Shown here one piece after another: positions 1 to 9,248 of a DNA stretch of 64,000 nucleotides (the stretch's first letter is position 1; every line of letters starts with the position of its first letter). The DNA is taken from positions 70,449 to 134,448 of the forward strand of contig VGKG01000002.1 in the NCBI GenBank assembly GCA_016867115.1. Reading direction: 5' to 3'. Under the pieces are notes generated by a model. It saw only the letters and a list, made by a program, of their open reading frames with translations, had not been told where the DNA came from and made no database searches. A program made the position numbers and the translations under genes. The stretch comes from Candidatus Omnitrophota bacterium. Its GTDB lineage: Bacteria > Omnitrophota > Gorgyraeia > Gygaellales > Profunditerraquicolaceae.

Positions 1-521
1 CCGGCCTGATCGACCGGGCCGGCAAGATCAGTGCAGGCGAAAGACGGCGCATCCGTCACAGCGAACTGGGAAAAGAGTTCGTGCTCGCCTTTAAGGAGGA
101 GAGCTTAACGGCCGCAGATATCGTGATTAACGAATCGGATATCGACAACCTTAAACGCGCAAAGGCCGCGATTTATTCGGCGACCAGCGTCTTGGCCAGG
201 CACATGCGCGTGGACCTTGCAGATATCAGGAAGTTCTTTATCGCCGGAGGGTTCGGCAATTATCTGGATATCGAAAACGCCCTCTTCATAGGGCTGCTGC
301 CGGATCTGTCCAGAGAAAGGTTTGTCTTTATCGGCAACAGTTCATTAGCCGGGGCCAGGGAGATGCTCTTATCCGCCGCGGCAAGAAAACAGGCGGAGGA
401 GATCGCCGGGAAGGTTACCTATTTTGAGCTGTCTACCGACGCGGCGTATATGGACGAGTATATGGCGGCGTTATTTTTCCCGCATACTGACTTGAGCAGG
501 TTCCCGGGTGTTAAATTTTAA
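1..521 (+). CDS. C-terminal part of an ASKHA-fold (DUF4445-like) protein, possibly a corrinoid activation protein (RACo-like). It is 5'-partial and runs off the window start.
   Basis: Frame 3 is open from nt 3 to the stop at 521 (GLIDRAGKI...FIAGGFGNYLDIENALFIG...). It lies next to cooC/acsD/acsE. The family assignment is from memory of Wood-Ljungdahl clusters. Confidence 0.4.
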   Translation, partial: GLIDRAGKISAGERRRIRHSELGKEFVLAFKEESLTAADIVINESDIDNLKRAKAAIYSATSVLARHMRVDLADIRKFFIAGGFGNYLDIENALFIGLLPDLSRERFVFIGNSSLAGAREMLLSAAARKQAEEIAGKVTYFELSTDAAYMDEYMAALFFPHTDLSRFPGVKF

Positions 522-582
522 TTAAAAATTACAAATATCAAATTTCAAATGAACGTCAAATTATCCTGTTTCAAAAAAAAAC

Positions 583-607
583 TTTGACATTTGCCATTTG
601 ACATTTG
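583..607 (+). promoter_or_regulatory. Direct repeat TTTGACATTTG x2 containing two TTGACA -35-like hexamers, upstream of cooC. Candidate promoter or operator.
   Basis: Sequence ACTTTGACATTTGCCATTTGACATTTGAAAAT lies about 30 nt upstream of the cooC RBS AAGGAG. Confidence 0.25.
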
Positions 608-633
608 AAAATTAAGGAGCGACAGCGACGATT

Positions 634-1386
634 ATGGGTTGCGTTATAGCCATGGCAGGCAAGGGCGGCACGGGAAAGACGACGGTCGCAGCGCTCATCG
701 TGAGGATGCTGCGGGATGCCGGGTCAGGTTCGATACTGGCAGTAGATGCCGATCCGAACAGCAACCTCGGCGAAGCCCTCGGCCTTGAAGCAAAGGAGAC
801 TATAGGCAGGCTCCTGGATGACGTGGCGGCCCGTCCGCAGAGCGTTCCGCCCGGGATGGGAAAAGACGCATTCCTGGAATACCGCGTACAGACCATCCTG
901 CAGGAGGGCGAAGGCTTTGACCTGCTGGTCATGGGCAAACCCGAAGGCCCGGGCTGCTATTGTTACGTGAACAATGTCTTAAGGAACGTGATGGCAAAGC
1001 TCATCGAAGGCTATGATTATATCGTGATCGATAATGAGGCGGGGCTGGAACACCTATCCCGGCGCACCACCCGCGCTGCCGAAGCCCTAGTCGTGGTCTC
1101 TGATGCGGGAAAGGTGGGGTTGAGATCGGCAAAGAGGATAAATACTCTCGCCGACGAATTGGGACTTAAGATCGCAAGGCGCCTGCTGGTCCTTAACCGG
1201 TTTGAAGATTCTCCTGACCCGGAAGCGTTAAAGGGGCTGGGCCTTGAGTACGCGGGGAATATCCCGACCGATGATTCGATCACCAGGATAAGCTTAAACG
1301 GAGCCTCGCTGATGGGGCTGGATAAAGGCGCAGCGAGCGTTTTGGCCTTGCAAAAAATAGGAGAAAAACTGTGGCGTTGCAATTAG
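634..1386 (+). CDS. cooC: CO dehydrogenase/acetyl-CoA synthase nickel-insertion accessory ATPase (CooC/AcsF family, MinD-like P-loop).
   Basis: Deviant Walker A AMAGKGGTGKTT at the N-terminus. An AAGGAG RBS is present. It sits immediately upstream of acsD/acsE homologues. Confidence 0.8.
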   Translation: MGCVIAMAGKGGTGKTTVAALIVRMLRDAGSGSILAVDADPNSNLGEALGLEAKETIGRLLDDVAARPQSVPPGMGKDAFLEYRVQTILQEGEGFDLLVMGKPEGPGCYCYVNNVLRNVMAKLIEGYDYIVIDNEAGLEHLSRRTTRAAEALVVVSDAGKVGLRSAKRINTLADELGLKIARRLLVLNRFEDSPDPEALKGLGLEYAGNIPTDDSITRISLNGASLMGLDKGAASVLALQKIGEKLWRCN

Positions 1387-2309
1387 CGACAGAGAAGTGG
1401 TCCGGAGAGATTTCGGAGGTTATAATCGGCGCAACTAAGGATGAAGGCGGCAGCCGCAAAAGCGTAGTCAGGATCGGCGGAGAGAATACGCTGCCGTTTC
1501 TGTTCAACGAAGGCAAGATCCCGAATCCTGTCTGCGTGGCTTTTGAGGTCTGGGATACCGCTCCTTCCGACTGGCCGGAGTGCCTCTGGCGGGCTTTCGG
1601 AAAGAGCCTCAATGACAGCTTAAGCTGGGCAAAAAAATGCGTGGAAGAATATAAAGCAAAGATCCTTTGCGTAAGGCTGCAGTCTGCGCATCCGGATTTC
1701 GCAGACACTCCACCCGAGGCTTGCGCAAAGTTCATCGCCGGCCTGCTTAATGCCGTGGATGTCCCCTTAGTCATCATCGGCTGCGGAGACGATGCAAAGG
1801 ATAACCTGGTCCTGCCTGCGGTAAGCGAAGCGGCCAAAGGAGAACGCTGCCTTATCGGAAGCGCGGTCCAGGATAATTACAAGACCCTGGTGGCGGCCCT
1901 TTCTGCCGACGGGCATAATATCATCGCCGAATCGCCCATTGATATCAATATCGCCAAGCAGCTGAATATCCTTATTTCCGATACGGGTTTTGCGCTTTCG
2001 CGCATCGTGATCAATCCCACCATAGGCGCGCTGGGTTATGGCCTTGAATACGCTTACTCCATTATGGAGCGGGCGCGCCTGGCTGCATTATCTGGCGATA
2101 AGACCGTGGCGAGCCCCTTTATCTGTTTTGTCGGCCAGGAGGCGTGGAAGGCAAAAGAGGCGAAATCAGAGGACGAAAGGCAGGGTATCATCTGGGAGAT
2201 GCTCAGCGCCGCCGCCCTAATTCAGGCGGGCGCCGGGCTGTTAGTGATGCGGCATCCTGTTGCCGTCGAAAAGGTGAATAAATATATAGAGCGGTTATTT
2301 CAACGCTGA
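1371..2309 (+). CDS. acsD: Corrinoid iron-sulfur protein small subunit (AcsD/CdhD-like, TIM-barrel).
   Basis: About 310 aa. Its position between cooC and acsE is conserved, and the overall sequence character matches my memory of the CFeSP small subunit. It overlaps cooC by 16 nt. Confidence 0.55.
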   Translation: MALQLATEKWSGEISEVIIGATKDEGGSRKSVVRIGGENTLPFLFNEGKIPNPVCVAFEVWDTAPSDWPECLWRAFGKSLNDSLSWAKKCVEEYKAKILCVRLQSAHPDFADTPPEACAKFIAGLLNAVDVPLVIIGCGDDAKDNLVLPAVSEAAKGERCLIGSAVQDNYKTLVAALSADGHNIIAESPIDINIAKQLNILISDTGFALSRIVINPTIGALGYGLEYAYSIMERARLAALSGDKTVASPFICFVGQEAWKAKEAKSEDERQGIIWEMLSAAALIQAGAGLLVMRHPVAVEKVNKYIERLFQR

Positions 2310-2316
2310 ATAAGAC

Positions 2317-3105
2317 ATGCTGATCATCGGCGAACTGATCAACGGAATGTTCCAGGATATTGCAAGGGCGATCAAGGATAAAGACAAGTCCGTGATCCAG
2401 AAGCGCGCTCTTGAACAGGTCGATGCGGGCGCTGACGCCCTGGATGTGAATTGCGGCCCTGCTTCCGCCAAGCCTGGTTCTGACATCCGGTGGCTGATAG
2501 AGGCGATCCGGGAGGTTACGGACAAGCCGCTCTGCCTTGATTCCAGCAAGCCGCAGGTGATCGAATCGGGCCTTGAGGTCTTAAGGGGCAAGGCGATCAT
2601 TAATTCTACCACCGCAGATCCGGAAAAGCTCGATATCCTCGTGCCCCTGGCCAAGAAATACAACGCTTTGCTGATCGGCCTGACCATCAGCACAAAGGGC
2701 ATCCCGCAAAATAAAGATCAGCGCCTGGAGCTGGCAGCCGAGATCCTTGCCTTTTGCTCGCAGGCGGATTTTCCCGTCGAGGACCTCTACATCGATCCGA
2801 TCGTGCTTCCGGTCAATGTGGCGCAGGCGCAGATGCAGGGGATCCTTGAGGCGATCCGCGAGTTCAAGGTCATCTCTACGCCCAGCCCCAAGACCATCGT
2901 GGGCTTAAGCAATGTCTCTCAGGGGACGAAGTCAAGAGGCCTCCTCAACCGTACTTTTCTGACCATGGCCCTTGCGTACGGACTGGATGCGGCGATCCTG
3001 GATCCGCTGGACAAAGACCTGATGGATTCCCTCATCACCGCAGAGTTGATCTTAAATAAGAATATCTACTGCGATTCGTATTTAGACGCATACCGCAGGA
3101 AATAA
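2317..3105 (+). CDS. acsE: Methyltetrahydrofolate:corrinoid/iron-sulfur protein methyltransferase (AcsE, pterin-binding DHPS-like fold).
   Basis: About 262 aa with a pterin-binding-domain-like sequence (ALDVNCG..., DSSKPQVIE, INSTT). Wood-Ljungdahl context. Confidence 0.65.
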   Translation: MLIIGELINGMFQDIARAIKDKDKSVIQKRALEQVDAGADALDVNCGPASAKPGSDIRWLIEAIREVTDKPLCLDSSKPQVIESGLEVLRGKAIINSTTADPEKLDILVPLAKKYNALLIGLTISTKGIPQNKDQRLELAAEILAFCSQADFPVEDLYIDPIVLPVNVAQAQMQGILEAIREFKVISTPSPKTIVGLSNVSQGTKSRGLLNRTFLTMALAYGLDAAILDPLDKDLMDSLITAELILNKNIYCDSYLDAYRRK

Positions 3106-3106
3106 G

Positions 3107-3496
3107 ATGAGAAGGAAGATAGTCCGCCACGTCTTCAGATTACACGGTTTTATGGAGAGCTTCAGGCTGGCAGCCGACGGGGTATACTACCTTTTTTTGT
3201 ACCACCGCAACATGCGCATTATCTTTCTGCTGGGGGCCGCAGCATTGCTTGCGGGTGTCTATCTTCAACTGAGGGGCATCGAGCTGGTGGCGCTCTTCAT
3301 CACCGTCACGCTTGTCTTCATGGCAGAGATCTTTAATACCGCCATCGAGATGATGATGAATATGCTTAGCGCCAGGTACCGCCTGAGGATAAAGCTGGTG
3401 AAGGATATCGCCGCGGCGGTGGTGCTAATTTCGTCGATAAATGCGGTCATCGTAGGAGGCATCCTGTTTCTGGGGCGTCTTAAGGCTGCGATATAA
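3107..3496 (+). CDS. dgkA: Diacylglycerol kinase (DgkA family).
   Basis: A 129-aa polytopic membrane protein with EIFNTAIEMMMNML, which resembles the DgkA core EILNSAIEAVVD. Confidence 0.7.
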   Translation: MRRKIVRHVFRLHGFMESFRLAADGVYYLFLYHRNMRIIFLLGAAALLAGVYLQLRGIELVALFITVTLVFMAEIFNTAIEMMMNMLSARYRLRIKLVKDIAAAVVLISSINAVIVGGILFLGRLKAAI

Positions 3497-3508
3497 AGAG
3501 GAGGGGGT

Positions 3509-3715
3509 ATGAAAAGGAAAGGGCTTTTGCTGGTTATTCTGGGGGTCATAGGCGCTCTGTACGTGTATTTTTTTGATCTGCTCATGGGTAAGCCCATGAA
3601 TGACGTCACCGGGCCGAAGTCAGTCGTTGCTTTTGTCATCTGCGGCATACTTGTCCTTGCGGGCCTGCGCATCGCTTTCGGCTGCCCGGTCTGCCGCGTC
3701 AAAGACAAGAAATGA
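3509..3715 (+). CDS. Small membrane protein with a C-terminal CPVC motif.
   Basis: 68 aa with two predicted TM helices and a GGAGGG RBS. No family recognised. Confidence 0.35.
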   Translation: MKRKGLLLVILGVIGALYVYFFDLLMGKPMNDVTGPKSVVAFVICGILVLAGLRIAFGCPVCRVKDKK

Positions 3716-3861
3716 TCCTTCCGCTTAAACTGGTCGGCCTATGGCTTTTTCTCGACGGACTGGTCTCGATGGCAAAATGCTCGGATAAGAAGTGGACCTT
3801 CCAGATAGTGAGGGTCATCCGCGCAGTCCTCGGGATCGCGTTGATCCTTGTTAAGCCATGA
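3712..3861 (+). CDS. Small membrane protein (49 aa), translationally coupled to the upstream ORF by an ATGA overlap.
   Basis: ATG at 3712 overlaps the TGA of the previous ORF. The product MILPLKLVGLWLFLDGLVSMAKC...IALILVKP is hydrophobic. It is too short to appear in the ORF track. Confidence 0.25.
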   Translation: MILPLKLVGLWLFLDGLVSMAKCSDKKWTFQIVRVIRAVLGIALILVKP

Positions 3862-3906
3862 GTCCGGCTTGTGTTACGTTGATTTTATGGTAGAATAATT
3901 TTTTGC

Positions 3907-3983
3907 GGCGGCGTAGCTCAGTCTGATAGAGCAGTCGGCTCATACCCGATAGGTCACTGGTTTAAATCCAGTCGCCGCCACCA
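3907..3983 (+). tRNA. tRNA-Met (anticodon CAT) with encoded CCA.
   Basis: Cloverleaf: acceptor GGCGGCG/CGCCGCC, D-arm GCTC...GAGC, anticodon loop CTCATAC, T-arm ACTGG-TTTAAAT-CCAGT, discriminator A, CCA. Confidence 0.8.
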
Positions 3984-4020
3984 ACATAATTACTGCGGGA
4001 AAATCCAGTCGCCGCCACCA
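3964..4020 (+). repeat. 20-nt direct repeat AAATCCAGTCGCCGCCACCA. Copy 1 is the 3' end of tRNA-Met; copy 2 lies 17 nt downstream.
   Basis: Exact 20/20 identity read from the sequence at 3964-3983 and 4001-4020. Confidence 0.85.
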
Positions 4021-4040
4021 TAATGAAAATAAGGAGGATA

Positions 4041-4319
4041 ATGATCCAAACCATTGAAATCATCTGTAAGCCCTGCCATAAGTGCGACCTGATGATCCAA
4101 AGGATAAGCTACATATTGCATTGCATCCAGAATCAATCGGGCCTTAAGCTCAAATACGAGCTCAAGCTTAATAAGAATATCCACGAGGCAGAGAAGTATG
4201 GTTACAACGTGACGCAATTGCCCGTTGTCAAGATAAACGGCGATATCGAGTTCGTCGGACACGTGAAAGAAGAACATCTCATCCGTATGAAGCTGGAAGA
4301 GATCATCCGGCAGGCCTAA
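4041..4319 (+). CDS. Small thioredoxin-fold protein (Thioredoxin_3 / TM0956-like, CxxC).
   Basis: CKPCHKC redox motif near the N-terminus and a C-terminal YGYNVTQLPVVKINGDIEFVG pattern (cf. YGVMSTPALVIDGKV). The start is reassigned to ATG 4041, downstream of the AAGGAGGA RBS. Confidence 0.5.
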   Translation: MIQTIEIICKPCHKCDLMIQRISYILHCIQNQSGLKLKYELKLNKNIHEAEKYGYNVTQLPVVKINGDIEFVGHVKEEHLIRMKLEEIIRQA

Positions 4320-4368
4320 TCGTCAGCCGGTCCGGCTGGATCCCCGCCTTATCAGAGCCGCAAAAAAC

Positions 4369-5337
4369 TTGCCCATGATCATCGAAAAAGCTAAAAAGAC
4401 CATAAAAAACTACGGCCTTTTGACAAAAGGAGACAGGATCGTCGTCGGAGTCTCAGGCGGCCCGGATTCCCTGGCCCTGTTATTGCTGCTGAACGCCTTA
4501 AGGCAGGAGATGGGGCTTGAGTTGTACGTGGCTCACCTTGACCATATGCTGCGAAAAGATTCGGCCCGGGATTGCGAGTTTGTGCGCAGGGTTTCAGAGA
4601 GGCTGAAGCTTCCTTTTTATTCCGCGCAGATCGATATCAGGGCTATCAGCAGGAAGGGTTCGCTTGAAGAGATCGCGCGCAATGCGCGCCTGGGGTTTTT
4701 GTTCAGGGTGGCAAAAGAAGCCGGGGCTAAGAAAATAGCCCTCGGCCACAACCTGGATGACCAGGCAGAAACCGTGCTGATGCGCCTCCTGCGGGGAACA
4801 GGGCTCTTCGGTTTATCCGGCATCCTGCCTAAAAGGAATATAGCCGGTTTTACCGTCGTCAGGCCGCTGGTCGAAATAAGGAGGAGAGACATCGAAACTT
4901 ATCTGAAAAAGAAAAAGATAAAACCCCGCAGGGATATTTCCAATTCCCGGGATATCTATCTGCGCAACAGGATCAGGAACAGACTCCTGCCGCTTCTTGA
5001 AAAAAAATACAACAGCAACATCAGGGAAGTGCTGGCAAATACTGCGCAAAGCGCAGGCTCAGATTACGATTTTCTTAACCGCATGGCATTGCGCAGGCAG
5101 AAGGCCGGCTCGCCCAGGATCGATTTAAGAAGTTTCCTCAGGCTCCATCCTGCCATGCAGAGGCTGATTTTGCGCCGCGCCTTTGCCGCAGTAAAGGGGG
5201 ATACCCGCAGGCTCAGCTTCAGCCACATCCGGGAGATCGAAGACCTGATCCTGAACCGGCCGCAAGGCGCGGTAGTTGACCTGCCTGCCGGGGTATCGGT
5301 GGTCAAGAAGAGGTCCCTTTTATTTTACCGCAGATAA
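4369..5337 (+). CDS. tilS: tRNA(Ile)-lysidine synthetase.
   Basis: PP-loop SGGPDS (VGVSGGPDSLALL) and a length of about 320 aa. Confidence 0.85.
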   Translation: MPMIIEKAKKTIKNYGLLTKGDRIVVGVSGGPDSLALLLLLNALRQEMGLELYVAHLDHMLRKDSARDCEFVRRVSERLKLPFYSAQIDIRAISRKGSLEEIARNARLGFLFRVAKEAGAKKIALGHNLDDQAETVLMRLLRGTGLFGLSGILPKRNIAGFTVVRPLVEIRRRDIETYLKKKKIKPRRDISNSRDIYLRNRIRNRLLPLLEKKYNSNIREVLANTAQSAGSDYDFLNRMALRRQKAGSPRIDLRSFLRLHPAMQRLILRRAFAAVKGDTRRLSFSHIREIEDLILNRPQGAVVDLPAGVSVVKKRSLLFYRR

Positions 5338-5415
5338 TCCCTGAAAAAGCGCAATAAATGCTTGATTCTACAGGTATTTATAGATATAATATTTTCTAAT
5401 TATTGAGGAGAAAAT

Positions 5416-7275
5416 ATGGCAAATAATAAACAGGCAAGGCCGAAAGCAAAAAAAGACGAGTTTTTAAAAGGCCCTATGGGCTGGGTCATGTGGGTGATCT
5501 TATTTATGATCATCTGGAATGCTGTGAGCGTGATCTTCACCGGAGTCAGCCGCCCCCTGACCTATAGCGAGTTCTATAAAGTCCTGAAGGATGATCCGGA
5601 AAAAATCAAGTGGGTGACTAAGACCGAGGGCGGCCTTAAATTAGACGGAGAGCTTACCGACGGATCGAGATTCTACGTCTATATCCCCGAAAACGACCCC
5701 GAGCTACTTAATCTCCTGCGCCAGAACCTGAAGCAGTTTTCCGTGCAGCCGCCGTCGATCTGGGGGAACCTTTTTGTGCAGCTTAGCGGAGTAATTTTGT
5801 TGATTTTATTTTTCTGGTGGATGTCCATGCGCGGAGAGCAGTTAGGAGGAAGGATCATGGCTTTCGGCAAGGTACGGCCGAAGATCCAAAGCGAGATGGA
5901 GAAGGTCACCTTCGGAGATGTGGCCGGCGTGGAGGAGGCCAAGGAAGAGCTGAAAGAGGTCATCGAGTTCTTAAAAGACCCGAAGAAGTTCCAGCGGCTC
6001 GGCGGCAAGATCCCTAAGGGCGTGCTGCTGGTGGGGCCTCCGGGTTGCGGAAAGACCCTGATCGCCCGTGCCGTCGCCGGAGAGGCGGGGGTGCCTTTTT
6101 TCAGTATTTCCGGCTCGGATTTTGTGGAGATGTTTGTGGGCGTGGGTGCCAGCCGCGTGCGCGATCTTTTCGAGCAGGGCAGGCGCGCGGCAAAGATATC
6201 CGGCAGGGGCGCGATCATCTTTATCGATGAAATCGATGCTGTAGGCCGCCTGCGTTTCGCCGGGATCGGCGGCGGCCATGACGAACGCGAGCAAACCCTG
6301 AATGCCCTGCTGGTTGAGATGGACGGTTTTGACGCTACTCAGGGGATAATCCTGATCGCAGCAACCAACAGGCCCGACACTCTTGACCCGGCGCTCCTTC
6401 GGCCGGGAAGATTCGACCGGCACGTCATCATGAACCTGCCGGATATAAAAGGAAGGGAAGAGATCCTAAAGGTGCATACCCGTAAAATAAAGCTTGCGCC
6501 GGCGGTTGACCTGAAGAGCGTCGCTGCCTCGACTCCTGGTTTCTCCGGCGCAGACCTGGCAAACCTGTGCAATGAAGCCGCGCTGCTGGCTGCGCGCAAT
6601 AATAAGGAAGCGGTGGAGATGGTTGATTTTGACAAATCAGTGGAGCGCGTCCTGATGGGGCCCGAGAAAAAGAGCCACATTATATCCAAGAAGGAAAAAG
6701 AAATCACCGCCCTGCATGAGTCCGGCCATGCCCTGATGTCTTTGTTGCTGCCGGAAGTCAATCCCTTAAAGAAGGTTTCGATCATACCGCGCGGGCTTGC
6801 CGGAGGGTACACCTTTACTCCGCCGCTTGAAGACCGCCACTACTGGACCAGAAAAGAACTGATCTCGGAGATCAGCATGATGCTCGGCGGGCGTGCCTCC
6901 GAAGAGCTGAACTTAAGCGAGGTCACCACCGGCGCCCAGAACGACCTGGAGATGGCCACACAGATGGCCAGGCGCATGGTCACGCAGTTCGGCATGTCCG
7001 AGAAGCTGGGCCATATTACCCTGGGCAGGCGCGAAGGCCTGGTTTTCCTCGGGCGCGATATCATGGAAGAAAAGAATTACAGCGAAGAGACCGCACGTAC
7101 GATCGACGAGGAGGTCAAAAGGATAGTGGATGAGGCCTATACCAAGTCTAAAAAACTCCTCGAGCAGAATCTGGAGAAACTGAAAGTCCTTTCTCAGGCG
7201 CTCCTTGAGAAAGAAGTGATGGACGGAGAGGAAGTAAAGAAGCTGCTCAGCCTCGAAAAACCGGATGTAGTATAA
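5416..7275 (+). CDS. ftsH: ATP-dependent zinc metalloprotease FtsH.
   Basis: N-terminal TM helices, AAA Walker [12 protein letters not shown] region, and the HESGHAL zinc-binding motif. Confidence 0.95.
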   Translation: MANNKQARPKAKKDEFLKGPMGWVMWVILFMIIWNAVSVIFTGVSRPLTYSEFYKVLKDDPEKIKWVTKTEGGLKLDGELTDGSRFYVYIPENDPELLNLLRQNLKQFSVQPPSIWGNLFVQLSGVILLILFFWWMSMRGEQLGGRIMAFGKVRPKIQSEMEKVTFGDVAGVEEAKEELKEVIEFLKDPKKFQRLGGKIPKGVLLVGPPGCGKTLIARAVAGEAGVPFFSISGSDFVEMFVGVGASRVRDLFEQGRRAAKISGRGAIIFIDEIDAVGRLRFAGIGGGHDEREQTLNALLVEMDGFDATQGIILIAATNRPDTLDPALLRPGRFDRHVIMNLPDIKGREEILKVHTRKIKLAPAVDLKSVAASTPGFSGADLANLCNEAALLAARNNKEAVEMVDFDKSVERVLMGPEKKSHIISKKEKEITALHESGHALMSLLLPEVNPLKKVSIIPRGLAGGYTFTPPLEDRHYWTRKELISEISMMLGGRASEELNLSEVTTGAQNDLEMATQMARRMVTQFGMSEKLGHITLGRREGLVFLGRDIMEEKNYSEETARTIDEEVKRIVDEAYTKSKKLLEQNLEKLKVLSQALLEKEVMDGEEVKKLLSLEKPDVV

Positions 7276-7293
7276 AGTTTTCCTGAAAAAGAA

Positions 7294-8487
7294 ATGATCC
7301 GCGTATTGCAGTCCCCCACCATAAAAGAAATCAGGGCTATTATGCAGGATATCGGAGTGGATCCTTACGGTATCAGGATCATGCAGTCGAAAGCAAGCCA
7401 CTATCTGGTCAGAATGGATTCGCTTCCGAATGTAACCGCGAATATCCTGAAACAAGAAATGTTGTCCCTGGGCGCAGACGCGGCACTCGCCAGGGGTTCG
7501 CTCACCGGAAAGGCGATGTACACAGGCTGCCTTTTAATGGGCACATTATCCCAATTTATGCGGCTCATCCAGAAATTACAGAAGCAGCCGTTTGGCCTCA
7601 GCAGTATGGGCAGGGATCTTTCCTGTACCCTGAAGAAGTTTCAGCAGGATAAGTTCACCCTGGACCTGAAAAGATTCAAACTGGACCTTTCCGCAGGAGT
7701 GCATATTATGGGGATAGTCAATGTCACGCCGGACTCTTTTAGCGGAGACGGGCTTTATAAATGTCAGATTGAGGACGTAGTCGAATACGCCTGCAAATTG
7801 GCCGAAGACGGGGCAGATATCATTGATCTGGGCGGAGAATCAAGCCGTCCCGGGGCAAAGCCGGTTCCCCTAAAGGAAGAGCTGGCTAGAGTCATCCCGG
7901 CAGTAAAGAAACTTGCGAAAGTCCTGCGCGTGCCGATTTCAGTCGATACCCGTAAACCCGAAGTGGCGAAGCAGGCGCTTGAGAACGGAGCGCTGATCCT
8001 TAATGATATCTCGGGATTCAGGGATCCGGCTATGGTAAGGACCGCGGCCAGATATAATGCGGGGGCAGTGGTGATGCACATGAAAGGCTCACCCGCTACT
8101 ATGCAGAAGGATCCTGGGTATGATTCTTTGATGGATGAGGTCCTGGAATACCTCGACAGGGCTTTGAGGCGGCTTGAAGACGCAGGGGTGAAAAGGGAAA
8201 TGACTATCATAGACCCTGGTATCGGATTCGGCAAGACCACGGGGCATAACCTTGAGATCTTAAAACGCCTTGGAGAGTTCAAGGTCCTGGGCAGGCCGAT
8301 ATTGGCCGGCACTTCCCGGAAGTCTTTCATCGGAAAAGTCTTAAATGCTCCCGCGCAGGAACGCCTTTCCGGCACGCTTTCAAGTTGCATCCTGGCAGCT
8401 TCTTCCGGGGCAAGGGTCCTGAGGGTGCATGATGTCAAGCCGGTGAAGGATGCGCTTAAGATCTTTGAGGCGGTGAATCAGGCATGA
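7294..8487 (+). CDS. folP: Dihydropteroate synthase with an ~130-aa N-terminal extension of unknown function.
   Basis: The GIVNVTPDSFSGDG DHPS signature begins about 135 aa into the ORF, followed by the usual pterin-binding barrel motifs. Confidence 0.8.
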   Translation: MIRVLQSPTIKEIRAIMQDIGVDPYGIRIMQSKASHYLVRMDSLPNVTANILKQEMLSLGADAALARGSLTGKAMYTGCLLMGTLSQFMRLIQKLQKQPFGLSSMGRDLSCTLKKFQQDKFTLDLKRFKLDLSAGVHIMGIVNVTPDSFSGDGLYKCQIEDVVEYACKLAEDGADIIDLGGESSRPGAKPVPLKEELARVIPAVKKLAKVLRVPISVDTRKPEVAKQALENGALILNDISGFRDPAMVRTAARYNAGAVVMHMKGSPATMQKDPGYDSLMDEVLEYLDRALRRLEDAGVKREMTIIDPGIGFGKTTGHNLEILKRLGEFKVLGRPILAGTSRKSFIGKVLNAPAQERLSGTLSSCILAASSGARVLRVHDVKPVKDALKIFEAVNQA

Positions 8488-9248
8488 ATACGCCGGTCAT
8501 AATACAGTATTGGAAGCCGGTTTTTGAGATATTAGCCCTCTGGGCCACTATCTACCATATCATGCTCTTTTTCGAGGGGACCCGCGCCTTACAGGTCTTA
8601 CGCGGGATAATCGTGCTGCTCCTGGTTTTTTTCCTGGTCGAGAAGTTGAACCTGCAGGTGCTGGAGTGGCTCCTGACTAAGATGTTCGGCATTTCAGTGA
8701 TCGCCATCCTCATTATCTTCCATCCCGAGATCCGCCAGGGCCTGGCGCGGCTGGGCGAGCGGCACTTCTTAAGCACGGCGCCCCGCGAGGAGGAGATCGA
8801 CCGGATGTTACGCGAGATCGGGGTGGCGGCGGAGAATCTCTGCAGAAAGAAGCTGGGCGCGATCATCGCGATAGAGAAGAACTTACCCCTTAGCGCCTAT
8901 ATTGAAAGCGGAGTGAATATCGACGCGGCTGTTTCCTCTGACCTGATCGAGGCGATATTCACTCCGAATAACCCTCTTCATGACGGCGCCGCGGTCATCC
9001 GGAGGGCAAGGTTATCTGCAGCAGGCTGCCTTTTCCCGTTGACCCAGAACAAGGACTTAAGCCGTATCTTCGGCACCCGGCACCGCGCAGCGCTCGGTTT
9101 AAGCGAAGAGACAGATGCGCTGGTGATCGTGATCTCGGAAGAACGCCAGGACATCTCCCTGGTCTACCGCGCAAAGCTTTATAAGGACTTGAGCCGAGAG
9201 GAACTCTTCCTGAAGATCAAAGAACTGGTCAGAAAAGAAAATGCCTAG
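8484..9248 (+). CDS. cdaA: Diadenylate cyclase (c-di-AMP synthase) CdaA/DacA.
   Basis: Three N-terminal TM helices, then a DAC domain with the DGA and GTRHRAA motifs (HDGAAVIRRA...IFGTRHRAALG). ATGA overlap with folP. Confidence 0.85.
   Translation: MNTPVIIQYWKPVFEILALWATIYHIMLFFEGTRALQVLRGIIVLLLVFFLVEKLNLQVLEWLLTKMFGISVIAILIIFHPEIRQGLARLGERHFLSTAPREEEIDRMLREIGVAAENLCRKKLGAIIAIEKNLPLSAYIESGVNIDAAVSSDLIEAIFTPNNPLHDGAAVIRRARLSAAGCLFPLTQNKDLSRIFGTRHRAALGLSEETDALVIVISEERQDISLVYRAKLYKDLSREELFLKIKELVRKENA

Noticed and set aside
2038-2220. 60-aa + strand ORF rich in Arg/Pro inside acsD.
   Set aside because: It is an alternate frame of the acsD gene with a biased, non-protein-like composition.
3900-4020. 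Integrated prophage or genomic island at tRNA-Met, and likewise at tRNA-Pro and tRNA-Thr.
   Set aside because: Only short tRNA-segment duplications are present. No integrase, excisionase, phage or transposase genes occur within several kb, so at most these are scars.
5679-7455. Minus-strand ORFs (179, 150, 157, 180 aa) across ftsH, and similar ones across groEL, dnaE, hom, thrC, valS and the Ycf46-like ATPase gene.
   Set aside because: All lie antisense to well-supported conserved genes, have low-complexity Ser/Arg/Pro-rich translations and no recognisable motifs, and would break the otherwise uniform + strand operon structure.
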